A stretch of 61,126 nt of DNA, filler included. It is 8 parts of 8 records of this genome, joined end to end, with 100 filler letters (N's around TTAATTAATTAA, not from the genome) between each part and the next. Parts side by side here need not be neighbours in the genome. Positions count along the whole stretch, not along the records: positions 28,125 to 33,352 come from SRR31147125_16170; positions 33,453 to 43,862 come from SRR31147125_16192; 6 more parts are not named here. The stretch is one strand, 5' to 3'. The notes beneath the pieces are model-generated. The model ran no database searches and was not told where the DNA came from. It saw only the letters and a program-made list of their open reading frames with translations. Position 1 is the first letter of the stretch; each line of letters starts with the position of its first letter. The translations under genes and the position numbers were made by a program. Positions 29,811-39,301 of the stretch are shown here, one piece after another.

Positions 29811-31178
29811 TTATTTCCAAACTTCTTCTCCGTATTCCCAACCTTTACGTACAGGCTCTTTAATATATTTGTCCATTCCGCTGTGGTTCGTAACTGTCAT
29901 ATTAACAGCATCGTATTCAATTCGTGTTTGGAAACGTTGTGCCATAACACCAATCACTGCCATTTCAGTTAAACGTGTGGCATAATCGAAGTTCGATCCC
30001 GGCGTTGGTCCTCCTTTTACTCCACGGAAGAATTCTTTTTGTGGTCCACCTTCAATACGAGGAATAGTAGCTTCAGGCATTTCATTTTTTACCCAGGCAT
30101 CCCACTCGCCTTCCGGCATCATTAGTTTTGCATTATTCGGACGGCCACCTGTTATAATATTTTGTTTTTCGCCTACCATTATCATTCCTGATTTTGGCAA
30201 TTCTTTCATTTTCCATTCCGGACGGTTTTCAGGTTTTAAACCTCCTTCGTACCATTTTAAAGTTACCGGTGGTTTTTTGCCACGTGCAGCAAATTCAAAT
30301 TTAATTACAGAACTGTCAGGAACCATAATATCAGAACCTCCTGTAACTTGTGTACATTCGGTTGCAGTTGGCATACCTAAATCAAGCGACCAGAACGGTG
30401 CATCTAAAGTATGGCAAGCCCAGTCTCCTAATTCCGCATTTCCAAAGTCGTAATATCCACGCCATGATTTTGGAACATAAACATGATTAAACGAACGCTC
30501 TTTTTGTGGTCCTAACCATAAATCCCAGTCCAATCCTGCAGGAATTGGTTCTTTAGGAATTGGAAAAGCCGAAGGTTTTGTAAAATATTTTCCTTCTCCG
30601 AACGATGGTCCGTCGAACCAGGCAATTACTTCTTTTACATCTCCTGTAATTCCGGCATCGTACCATTCTTTCACACGACGAATTCCATCGGTAGCGTGTC
30701 CCTGGTTACCCATTTGGGTTACTACATTATAGTAGTGTGCCGCTTTTTGTAAAGTTCGAAGCTGCCAAACGTTATGCGCCAATGGTTTTTCAACATAAAC
30801 ATGTTTTCCCAGTTGCATTGCAATAATTGCCGCTGCAAAGTGAGTATGATCCGGAACTGTTACCATTACGGCATCAATCTCGTTACTCATTTCGTCGAAC
30901 ATAACACGAAAATCTTTGTATTTCTTTGCATTCGGAAATTTGTTAAAACCTTCCTTTGCACGATTTTCATCAACGTCGCACATGGCAACAACATTTTCAA
31001 CCTCCAGTCCTTCTTCATTTAAACAAGAACTCCATTGAGCTTTCCCACGCCCACCTGCACCAATAATGGCAACATTTAGTTTGCCCGATGGTTTACAGCT
31101 AACAAAATTTGGGATAATAAATGCTCCTGCTGTTACTGCAGAAGCCGATCTTAAAAAATTTCTTCTTGAAATTGACAT
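29811..31178 (-). CDS. Gfo/Idh/MocA oxidoreductase with Tat signal
   Basis: MSISRRNFLR; IIGAGGRG; PDHTH; YVEKPL; DWDLWLGP. Confidence 0.92.
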   Translation of the reverse strand: MSISRRNFLRSASAVTAGAFIIPNFVSCKPSGKLNVAIIGAGGRGKAQWSSCLNEEGLEVENVVAMCDVDENRAKEGFNKFPNAKKYKDFRVMFDEMSNEIDAVMVTVPDHTHFAAAIIAMQLGKHVYVEKPLAHNVWQLRTLQKAAHYYNVVTQMGNQGHATDGIRRVKEWYDAGITGDVKEVIAWFDGPSFGEGKYFTKPSAFPIPKEPIPAGLDWDLWLGPQKERSFNHVYVPKSWRGYYDFGNAELGDWACHTLDAPFWSLDLGMPTATECTQVTGGSDIMVPDSSVIKFEFAARGKKPPVTLKWYEGGLKPENRPEWKMKELPKSGMIMVGEKQNIITGGRPNNAKLMMPEGEWDAWVKNEMPEATIPRIEGGPQKEFFRGVKGGPTPGSNFDYATRLTEMAVIGVMAQRFQTRIEYDAVNMTVTNHSGMDKYIKEPVRKGWEYGEEVWK

Positions 31179-31384
31179 ACTAATTAAAGTTAAGTGGTTT
31201 AGACTTGGTCGCGAATATAACATGAATTTGCATTATATCCTGAGTTTACAGCTGCTTTTTCATAACAGAACAGAATAGCTTAAAATGTGTTTTATATAAT
31301 GAACAAATAGTCAGTTTATTTATGTGGATGTATATCATAAAACCGATGAGTTCAAAAAACTATCTTCAGCGTAAATTTTATACT

Positions 31385-32614
31385 ATGCCTGATAAACGAA
31401 TTGAAGCAATTGACATAATGCGGGGATTAACCCTTGTTCTCATGCTTTTTGTTAACGATTTATTTGCTGAAAAAGTGCCTGCATGGCTTACACACCGGCC
31501 GGCCGATTTTGATGGAATGGGGCTTGCCGACTGGGTATTTCCGGGTTTTCTGTTTATGGTAGGAATGGCTATTCCATTTGCTTTTAACAGCAGAATAAAC
31601 AGGGGAGAGTTGAAATGGAAATTGCTTTACCATATTTGCATGCGTACAATTAGTTTGTTACTTATTGGTGTTTTAATGCTGAATGTTGGACGTTTAAATT
31701 CTGATTTAACCGGAATGTCGAAATTCTTATGGGCAATTCTTGTGTATACATGTATATTCTTAATCTGGAATAATTACAATAAAAATCAGGAACTACTTAT
31801 TTGGTTATTAAAAGGTGTTGGGATTGTTGGATTAATAATATTGGTTGCCGTATTTCGAAGTGGGACTGCTGATAAAATCGGGTGGATTGCTACCAGTTGG
31901 TGGGGAATACTTGGATTAATAGGCTGGGGGTACTTTGTTACCTCGTTGGTTTATATAATTGCAAAAGACAATTTGCTAATTACCGGTTTATTTTGGCTTT
32001 TGTTTGTTCTGTTAAATGTTGTGTCTCAGTTAAATATGCTTGAAGTTTTAAAACCCGTAAAACCTGTACTGGGTATAATTCTCGAAGGGAATGTTCCATC
32101 TATTGTATTGTCGGGGCTGCTTTTGAGCTTAATTTTAAGAAGGTTAAAAGAGAAATACAAGTTGTTTATTATTGTAGCTTTTTTATTGGGTGTGGCATAT
32201 TTAATCATGGGATTCATCTTCCGAAATTGGTTTATTATTTCGAAAATAAATGGAACACCCAGTTGGGCAATGATGTGTAATGGAATTAGTGTTCTGTTAT
32301 TTGTACTATTATATATAGTAGTCGATGTATATAAAAAAACAAGGTGGGCATTCATTTTTTCAATTGCCGGACGAAATTCTTTAACCACTTATTTGGCTCC
32401 AAATATTATTTACTATTCAATTTGGTGGAGTGGGGTATCTTTTCTGTTTTATAAACAAAGCGAAAATTTGATTATGTTAATTGGGGGTTCAGTATTATGG
32501 TCAGTACTGATGGTTTATTTTACATATGGTTTATTTAAAATTAACATACGTCTAAAATTGCAAGTACAGTTTTGTTGTTCATTTTCATACTTGAACTCTC
32601 TAATATTAAGTTAG
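31385..32614 (+). CDS. DUF5009 / heparan-alpha-glucosaminide N-acetyltransferase-like membrane protein
   Basis: IDIMRGLT..LMLFVND, LADWVFPGFLFMVG, WWGILGLIGWGY, ISKI.GTPSW. Confidence 0.85.
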   Translation: MPDKRIEAIDIMRGLTLVLMLFVNDLFAEKVPAWLTHRPADFDGMGLADWVFPGFLFMVGMAIPFAFNSRINRGELKWKLLYHICMRTISLLLIGVLMLNVGRLNSDLTGMSKFLWAILVYTCIFLIWNNYNKNQELLIWLLKGVGIVGLIILVAVFRSGTADKIGWIATSWWGILGLIGWGYFVTSLVYIIAKDNLLITGLFWLLFVLLNVVSQLNMLEVLKPVKPVLGIILEGNVPSIVLSGLLLSLILRRLKEKYKLFIIVAFLLGVAYLIMGFIFRNWFIISKINGTPSWAMMCNGISVLLFVLLYIVVDVYKKTRWAFIFSIAGRNSLTTYLAPNIIYYSIWWSGVSFLFYKQSENLIMLIGGSVLWSVLMVYFTYGLFKINIRLKLQVQFCCSFSYLNSLILS

Positions 32615-32922
32615 ATAACTGTTAACGAGTGTTAACGAAATTTTACTTAAAAATCTACCCATTACACATAAACTTGATAAATGTCAGTTATTTTTACAAT
32701 TTCGAAACTTAGCTTTAGCCCACTGTTTTCGGTAATTGTGAGTTGCCAATATAGTTTTTTTCGGTTTTGCTTAGAATAAGTAAGTAAAACGCCATTTTGA
32801 ACTAAAAAAAGTTTGTGAGATGTAATTGTTTGTGAAAATATGTTAATCGAATGCTTTTTTTCTATTTTCGCGGCTCAATAACATTGTGAGTGAGTTATTA
32901 ATTATTTTTTAAATTTTATTCT

Positions 32923-33352
32923 ATGAAAAAAATTGCGCTAATGCTTTTGGGCATTACCATGTTTGGTATGCTCGTGGCAGAAGCTCAGGTAAAGAGTATC
33001 AGCGGAACAATAACAAGTTCCGAAGATGGTACGGGTATACCTGGGGTTTCTGTAGTTGTAAAAGGTACCACAGTTGGTACAGTAACCAATATCGATGGTT
33101 ATTATCAATTTGAAGTGCCAAATGATGCTCAATCTGTCATCTTCTCGTTTGTGGGAATGAAAACAATTGAAATGCCAATTTCCGGTTCAGTGCTTAATGC
33201 CGCTTTAGAACCTGATTATGTAGGCGTTGAAGAGGTTATTGTGACAGGATATGCATCGCATAAAAAGAGTGAGGTTACAGGTTCTTCTGTACAAGTAAGT
33301 GGTGACGACCTGGCTGACATGCCGGTTGTTAGTGTTGACCAGGCACTTCAGG
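32923..33352 (+). CDS. SusC/RagA TonB-dependent receptor, 3'-partial
   Basis: GVSVVVKGTTVGTVTNIDG.Y, FSFVGM, EEVIVTGY, SVDQALQG. Confidence 0.9.
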
Positions 33353-33452
33353 NNNNNNNNNNNNNNNNNNNNNNNNNNNNNNNNNNNNNNNNNNNNTTAA
33401 TTAATTAANNNNNNNNNNNNNNNNNNNNNNNNNNNNNNNNNNNNNNNNNNNN
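33353..33452. other. artificial contig spacer
   Basis: N44-TTAATTAATTAA-N44. Confidence 0.97.
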
Positions 33453-33482
33453 CTGTTGTCTAAGTTCTGGGGTATATTATAA

Positions 33483-33920
33483 CAAGGTGCTAGAACCTTT
33501 GCTAATACTAATGATTGTTGAAATCCGACATACGAAAACGGTAAGAACAGTTTGCTAGATTTTCGGGGTGCTTCTGCTGAAAGAATTATAGAATCGAGTG
33601 GAAGCATACAGCTTAATTATACTGGTCTAAGTACCGATAGTGAAACCATAACTGTTACGCCTTCTTCTATGACTGTTTCAGCAAGTTTAGTTGATTCTGG
33701 TGATGGTATTTTTTGTTCAATTTCTTCTGATGGTTCTAATTATTCAACTTCTTTGAGTTCTGTTAGTGCTGATAGTTCCGGTGATTGGACTTTATACGCT
33801 AAAGCAGCAAAGTTTGATAATACTAGCGGTAATAGAACAATGAAGATTAGATTAGTAGATGATAGTAACAGTTCAAATACGTTAGATGTAAACGTATCAC
33901 AAATGACTGCACCAACATAA
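33483..33920 (+). CDS. Ser/Thr-rich phage-like protein, probably extending upstream through TGA 33519-33521; true start not resolved
   Basis: ORF 33552-33920 has only a TTG start; frame extends as QGARTFANTNDC-[TGA]-NPTYENGKNSLLDFRG; in-frame TAA at 33480 near the contig edge. Confidence 0.55.
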
Positions 33921-33934
33921 GCAAACCTTACAAA

Positions 33935-34210
33935 ATGAATATTGATTCAAATAAATTATTTGACACGTTTTTTAGACTTGCACCGTTAATAATAGCTATT
34001 CTTATTTATTGATTTGGAGTAGTTAAAAACAACGAAAACACCAGAACAGAGCTAGTAAACGTAAAAGCACAAATTGAAATATTAAATGCTAAATGTGAAA
34101 AACTGGAAGATAAGAAAGCAGACCTTTACACTATTGAGATTATTATGAACACACTTGATAGAATTGATAACAAGATTGATAAATTACAGGAACAAATAAA
34201 CGATAAATAA
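33935..34210 (+). CDS. 91-aa single-TM plus coiled-coil protein (holin/spanin-like), TGA at codon 26 read as Trp
   Basis: MNIDSNKLFDTFFRLAPLIIAILIY-[TGA 34010-34012]-FGVVKNNENTRTELVNVKAQIEILNAKCEKLEDKKADLYTIEIIMNTLDRIDNKIDKLQEQINDK-TAA; AAAATG start 14 nt after previous stop. Confidence 0.75.
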
Positions 34211-34211
34211 A

Positions 34212-34520
34212 ATGGAAATTAATAAGACAGGATATGAACAAATAAAAAAGTCAGGGTATAAAACGCACTCTGAAAATGGTAATCACTATTACAATTGAGA
34301 AGATGGAGCAGCCCCAAATGGTAAATATTACGGTTTTATAGTAACAGGTGAAAATGTTGTTATAGATTCTATAACTTATTTAGACCCTACACTGCATACA
34401 GGCGACATTAAAAACATAACGATGCTTTATGGATTGTATATCCCAATTTCAGGCGGATTTTCTACAATAACTTTATCAAGCGGTAATTTGATTTTACTAA
34501 AGGATATTGACGTACTATAA
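34212..34520 (+). CDS. 102-aa phage-like hypothetical protein, TGA at codon 29 read as Trp
   Basis: MEINKTGYEQIKKSGYKTHSENGNHYYN-[TGA 34296-34298]-EDGAAPNGKYYGFIVTGENVVIDSITYLDPTLHTGDIKNITMLYGLYIPISGGFSTITLSSGNLILLKDIDVL-TAA; starts 1 nt after previous stop. Confidence 0.75.
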
Positions 34521-34526
34521 AATTAG

Positions 34527-34559
34527 AAGGTGCTAAGACTTAGTTTTAGTGCCTTTTTT
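34527..34559 (+). terminator. intrinsic terminator of the phage-like operon
   Basis: AAGGTGCTAAGAC / GTTTTAGTGCCTT 13-bp stem whose three G-U pairs only work on the + strand, then T-tract, 6 nt after TAA 34520. Confidence 0.8.
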
Positions 34560-34661
34560 AGTGTTATATGTTAAGCAGAGAGAAGAAGGTACTTAATACT
34601 TCAAATAAATTTGATTTCTATTCAGTTCATATTCAGGTTGTTAAATAATAACATTTGAAAA

Positions 34662-34681
34662 GGTGTTTATATATACGCACC
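34662..34681. other. candidate attachment (attL/attR) site
   Basis: Imperfect palindrome GGTGTTTATATATACGCACC (16/20 symmetric) exactly at the premature stop of the host beta-propeller gene. Confidence 0.6.
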
Positions 34682-35692
34682 GCCGCGTTTTATACTCCAA
34701 ACAATATGCTCATTCGAGGTTTCTTTTTCACCAAGTGTGATATCGCCCCGGGCATCAGTTTTTACCGCATAAATGGGTGAATATGTGCCGTGGGCATTGT
34801 TTATGAAAATCAGGTCGTGAGCTATAACAGGAGTTGGTGTTGGTACGTCTCCACCGCCACTCATCTTCCAAATTTCCTTTCCGGTTTCAAAATCGTATCC
34901 GCCCATGTGGTGCCAGCCATTTACAACAATCTGCATTTTCCCGTCTTTTTCAAATACGGTTGGCGAACTCCATGTCGATACATCTTCACGGGGAGTTTTC
35001 CATATCTCCTCTCCGGTTTTAATATCGTACGCAGCAATAAAACAATCGCCTAAAAAGTCGCACTGTACAATTACTTTTTCATTATGAATAATTGGCGAGC
35101 TTGAAAATCCCCATTCCAATTCGGGAGCATTATACGGGCCGGCATTCATTTTGCCAAAATCTTTGGTCCAAAGTAATTCTCCGTTCATGTTGTAACAAAA
35201 CAATCCCTGCGAGCCGAAAAAGGCAACCAGATATTTTCCATCGGTTGCCGGAGTTCCGTCGGCGTGCGATGCTTTTGTGTGGCGTTTTACTTCAGGTACA
35301 CTTTTCGTGGCCAGTTTTTCCCAAAGAATTTCGCCTGTATTTTTATCGAGGCAAAATACCTTAAATTCATGAATTGATTCATCTTCAACAGCATCGCCGT
35401 CGCCGTATAATCCAACTTTCAGGTAGTCGTTTCCGGTTCCGCTAATGGCTGTTGTTATAAACATTTTATCTTCCCAAATTACCGGAGAAGAATGTCCAAG
35501 CCCGGGAATAGAAGTTTGCCATAAAATATTCTCCCCGCTTTCAATATCCCACTCGCTCACGGTTTTGGCATCTTCAACAAAACCTTTGGCAAATGGGCCA
35601 CGAAAAGATGGCCACTGTTTTAAATAATTGGTTTGAGCTGATAATTGAAAGCAGAATAAAAGTGATAGGATTAATGGAAATAGATTTTTCAT
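34667..35692 (-). pseudogene. PQQ-binding-like (BamB-type) beta-propeller protein, apparently C-terminally truncated
   Basis: Signal peptide, WPSFRGP, HSSPVIW, TGEILW/TGEEIW/TGKEIW repeats; ends abruptly at WSIKRGGAYI at the start of a blade. Confidence 0.75.
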
Positions 35693-35850
35693 TGCTGTTA
35701 TGATTATGGCTCTTAAAGATAGGCAATTAGGAAGAAATTATCACCGTAAAATTGTTGTTGATGCGTAATTGCCCTTCACTACCCTTAACAGGCTTTGAGA
35801 AAATAAAAAATGGTTCATCATTTTCTTTATTGATTAGGTTATAATTTAAT

Positions 35851-35968
35851 ATCCATTGCCGTTGCGCTTTAGCCAACGGATTAAGGAAATATATCTCCCC
35901 TTCAATAATTTACGGGGCTAAAAGCCCCGCAAATTATTAACTGAATTCTCCTAATATAACGGCAAATG
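35851..35968. repeat. REP-like palindromic cluster
   Basis: CCGTTGCGCTTTAGCCAACGG hairpin and 16-bp stem AATAATTTACGGGGCT / AGCCCCGCAAATTATT (35904-35938). Confidence 0.5.
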
Positions 35969-35989
35969 ATAAACTATATTTATAGCCTA

Positions 35990-37004
35990 TTACAACGACT
36001 TACGCCGAATAAACTCAAACGGGCTTTTTATGCGTTTAAAATCTTTGGTTAAAATCATTTCGGCAGCAATTCGGCCAATTTCGTTGTGGTTGGTAGAAAT
36101 GGTTGTAATACCATCTTCCAGAATTTCTTTTACCGGATTATCGTTATAGGCAACCACTCCAACATCGGTACCTGCTTTCCAATGCTTTTCTTTGCAAATT
36201 TTTATGAAACGATAAAGATCGTCGTCGGAAATAAGTACATAGGCCTGGTTTTGTTTTACATCTGTATCTTCCAGTTGGTTAATTACCGAAAATTTCAGTT
36301 CGTTTATCTGGCAGAAAATCTGAAATCCACGCATAATGTTTTTCGAATAATATTGGCTTGTGGGAAAAACCAGGTTCAACGATTCGTATTTTCGAATATC
36401 CTCAATTCCCTCGTTTAATGCAGTTTGAATATCTTTTTCGAATTACATGGTAAACAACCGGATAATCTTTTAAAACATCGAGATTACGATCGATAAGCAA
36501 TACTTTCTCCTGGGGAATGCGCTTAATCACCTCAATTACATCAATATTTTTATCGTTAAACTGTGGAAGAATTGCGTAGTAATCGTAATTGGAAATCTGG
36601 TCATCTATTATCTCTTCAAACTTCTCGGTGCCGTAGTTGTAAATAAAAACATCTACACGGGCTTTATTTCCGAGTGTTTCAATAAACGAATAGTAGATGC
36701 TACGTTTGTAATTGCTAAGCTTGTTAAAAATAAGCGCTACTTTAATTTTCTTTCCAACATTGCTTTTATTTACGTAGTATCCTTTACCCCGAACCGACGA
36801 AAGCACACCCTTTTTCTTAAGGTAAACATAAGCCTTTTCAACCGTGTCTCTCGATAAAAAAAGTTCTTCGCTGGTTTCGTTAATGGAAGGAACACGCTGC
36901 CCTTTTTTAAAGATTCCTGCTTCAATATCAGAGAGAATCAGGTTTACAACCTGTTTGTACTTTGGTATCTCCGATTCGTGATTTATGCGAATATCTTCAT
37001 TCAT
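35990..37004 (-). CDS. GntR-family regulator with LacI-type sensor domain, frameshift near 36445
   Basis: PKYKQV, PSINE, SRDTVEKAY, GKGYY; shifted frame continues FEKDIQTAL...YNDNPVKEIL..GITTIST. Confidence 0.85.
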
Positions 37005-37010
37005 TCCCTT

Positions 37011-38918
37011 TTATTTTTCGATAATTTTTATGGTCGTTCTACGGTTAAGGCGCTTTCCTTCTTCCGTGTCGTTTCCTGCTACAGGTAAGGTATCTCCGTA
37101 TCCTTCAAAGCTAAGGCGAGCACCTGCAATTCCGTTTTCAACAAGATAATCGACTACCGACTTTGCCCTCAGTTTCGATAGTTCGAGGTTACTTTCAGTA
37201 TCACCAGAGCTATCAGTATGTCCTTGAATTTCAACTTTTAAATGACTGTTATGTTGCATAAACGAGACCAAAGTTTGCAATTCAGGTTCCGATTCAGGCA
37301 AAATTGTAAACGAGTCGGTTTCGAAATAAATGTTGTATAAATCCATTTCGGCTCCAACCTCAATTGGCTCAAGCAGAATATCGAGAATAAACGGATCGGT
37401 TAGCGAATTTTCGTCGGCCAACTGAATAGATTTTGAATAAAACAAATAGCCATCTTCCGATACATTAAATGCATAATTTGTTCCGTACGGCAACGACAGC
37501 ATAATTTGGCCATTCTCGTCGGCTTTTTCGTTACGCGGTTCTGCGTTGCTGGTATTTAAATTTATTAATTCGATATTTGCTAAAACGGGCTGAGCAGTTT
37601 TTTTGTTACGAACCGTTGCTTTTACATAAGTTACCGGGCGTGGTTTTAAACCTCGTGTAAGATTAAACGAAAATATATCGAGGCCTTTTTCGCCTTCGCG
37701 CGCCGACGAGAAATAAGCAACATCGCCAATGGAGCTCACCGTTAATCCCATATCATCTTTATGGGTATTTATAGGATATCCCATATTCTTCAGCTTTGCC
37801 ACCGCTCCGTATTCATCTATTATTGCCGAAAATAAATCGAGGCCGCCCATTCCGATATGTGTATCCGATGCAAAATAAAAATTCTGGTTATTTGCATGAA
37901 TAAACGGAGATATTTCGTCGCCCGAAGTATTTATTGCATCCAAATTTTCAGGTGTTTTCCATTTGGGTTTTCCGTCTTCGGTAAAACCCGAAAATTCAAC
38001 ACGCCAAATGTCTTTTTTCCCTTTTCCTCCTTCGCGGTTACTCGAAAAATATAAATAACGGTTATCGGAAGAAAAAGAAGGTTGTCCTTCCCAGGAAGAA
38101 GTATTCAGCGGAGCTCCGGCGTTTTGTGGCTCAGTCCAGCGCTCGTCAATAAAACGTGAGAAATAAATATCGCAACTTCCCAAACCATCGTTACGGTTAC
38201 ATGCAGTAAAAAACAAAATTTTCGAATCGGCCGATAAAGTCTGTGCCCCTTCGTTTTCGGGAGTATTCACCTCACTCAGCGGTTCGGCATTTTCCCAGTT
38301 AAACGAATCCAGTTCAGCCATAAAAAAATCTTCCTGCGGGCGCCTGCCGTCTTTCATTAAACGGGTAAAAACCAAATGTTTTCCGTCGAGAGTTGGAGTA
38401 GGCCAATACTCATCGTTAAAACTATTTATTTCGTCGCCTAAATTTACCGGATTAAATTCTACAGGATTTTGAATACTGTTAATGGCAAACTTGCAATTCG
38501 CCATTTTACAGGCAAGAAGAAATTGTCGCTTCTCAGGAATATTTTTCTCAACTTTATATTTCTCGTAAAAACTAAGTGCTTCGGAATACATTCCCAACTT
38601 AAAGAAAGCCTCGCCCAACCTAAAATCTATTAAGGGATTTTTTACAGTATCAACAACTTTGGTCAGATGCTTAATTTCCAGGCGGGTTGAGTCCATATCT
38701 TTATACATTTCGGCCAGCAAAAGGTGGGCATTTGAATAACCTTTATCCTTATTCAGAATATCGTTACAAACGTCTATTGCCTTTTTATAATTATCGGACG
38801 AATAATAAGTTTTTGCTTCGTTAAACAGCTTTTCCGAACGCTTTTTTTCCTGCGCTACAGATTCGAAAATAAGAAACAAACTAACAAACAAAAGTAAAAA
38901 GCACTTAACTCTATTCAT
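37011..38918 (-). CDS. OmpA-family protein with TPR and PD40 repeats
   Basis: N-terminal TPR, GSCDIY/GGLDLF PD40 repeats, IQGHTD...LSKLRAKSV...LNRR OmpA domain. Confidence 0.9.
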   Translation of the reverse strand: MNRVKCFLLLFVSLFLIFESVAQEKKRSEKLFNEAKTYYSSDNYKKAIDVCNDILNKDKGYSNAHLLLAEMYKDMDSTRLEIKHLTKVVDTVKNPLIDFRLGEAFFKLGMYSEALSFYEKYKVEKNIPEKRQFLLACKMANCKFAINSIQNPVEFNPVNLGDEINSFNDEYWPTPTLDGKHLVFTRLMKDGRRPQEDFFMAELDSFNWENAEPLSEVNTPENEGAQTLSADSKILFFTACNRNDGLGSCDIYFSRFIDERWTEPQNAGAPLNTSSWEGQPSFSSDNRYLYFSSNREGGKGKKDIWRVEFSGFTEDGKPKWKTPENLDAINTSGDEISPFIHANNQNFYFASDTHIGMGGLDLFSAIIDEYGAVAKLKNMGYPINTHKDDMGLTVSSIGDVAYFSSAREGEKGLDIFSFNLTRGLKPRPVTYVKATVRNKKTAQPVLANIELINLNTSNAEPRNEKADENGQIMLSLPYGTNYAFNVSEDGYLFYSKSIQLADENSLTDPFILDILLEPIEVGAEMDLYNIYFETDSFTILPESEPELQTLVSFMQHNSHLKVEIQGHTDSSGDTESNLELSKLRAKSVVDYLVENGIAGARLSFEGYGDTLPVAGNDTEEGKRLNRRTTIKIIEK

Positions 38919-39065
38919 AGTCAATACATTAAAAAAAATCTTTGCTCTAATATCCTTTAGTCTTCAAAATTAACAAACGATTGACATGTTGTATTTATTT
39001 TTTTCCTATTTTGCTTAAATAAATTTTTAACCTTTTATCAATAACTACATTTTTTTGCTGTTACG

Positions 39066-39251
39066 ATGAAAAAGAAAGTTTACAAGACCCGTACCCCCGA
39101 GTTGGATAAATTTGACAGGAAACAAAAAAAACACACCAGCTCACGCAACAAAAGTTCAAAACAAAAATTATCGATTTACGATGAGTTTGAAGACGAAGAT
39201 TTAATGAGTTATTCTTCGGGATTTGAAGACTCCGACTACCTGGAAGAATAA
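39066..39251 (+). CDS. small hypothetical protein, basic N-half and acidic C-half
   Basis: 61-aa ORF filling an intergenic gap. Confidence 0.55.
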   Translation: MKKKVYKTRTPELDKFDRKQKKHTSSRNKSSKQKLSIYDEFEDEDLMSYSSGFEDSDYLEE

Positions 39252-39301
39252 TCCATTTCCATATTTATTTTTGAAATTCTGCTTATCAGAGGAGGCAGAA
39301 A

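Larger units (their letters stand above)
33453..34672 (+). mobile_element. end of a putative prophage using TGA as a sense codon
   Basis: Three small co-oriented AT-rich genes with in-frame TGA, a terminator, then a palindromic junction truncating a host gene; no integrase or hallmark gene visible in the fragment. Confidence 0.7.

Noticed and set aside
32551-32614. C-terminal extension of the DUF5009 protein (RLKL-CAA...) as stop-codon recoding
   Set aside because: At most a single TAA-to-CAA change in one gene; no pattern in the contig.
33519-34298. In-frame TGA as selenocysteine
   Set aside because: Contexts are a TM helix end and aromatic-rich loops, not redox Cys motifs, and I see no SECIS-like hairpin immediately 3' of the codons.
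34650-34681. Junction as a dif/XerCD site (minus strand GGTGCGTATAT resembles the E. coli XerC arm)
   Set aside because: No TTATGTTAAAT-like XerD arm at 6-bp spacing, and the match lies within host codons Gly-Ala-Tyr.
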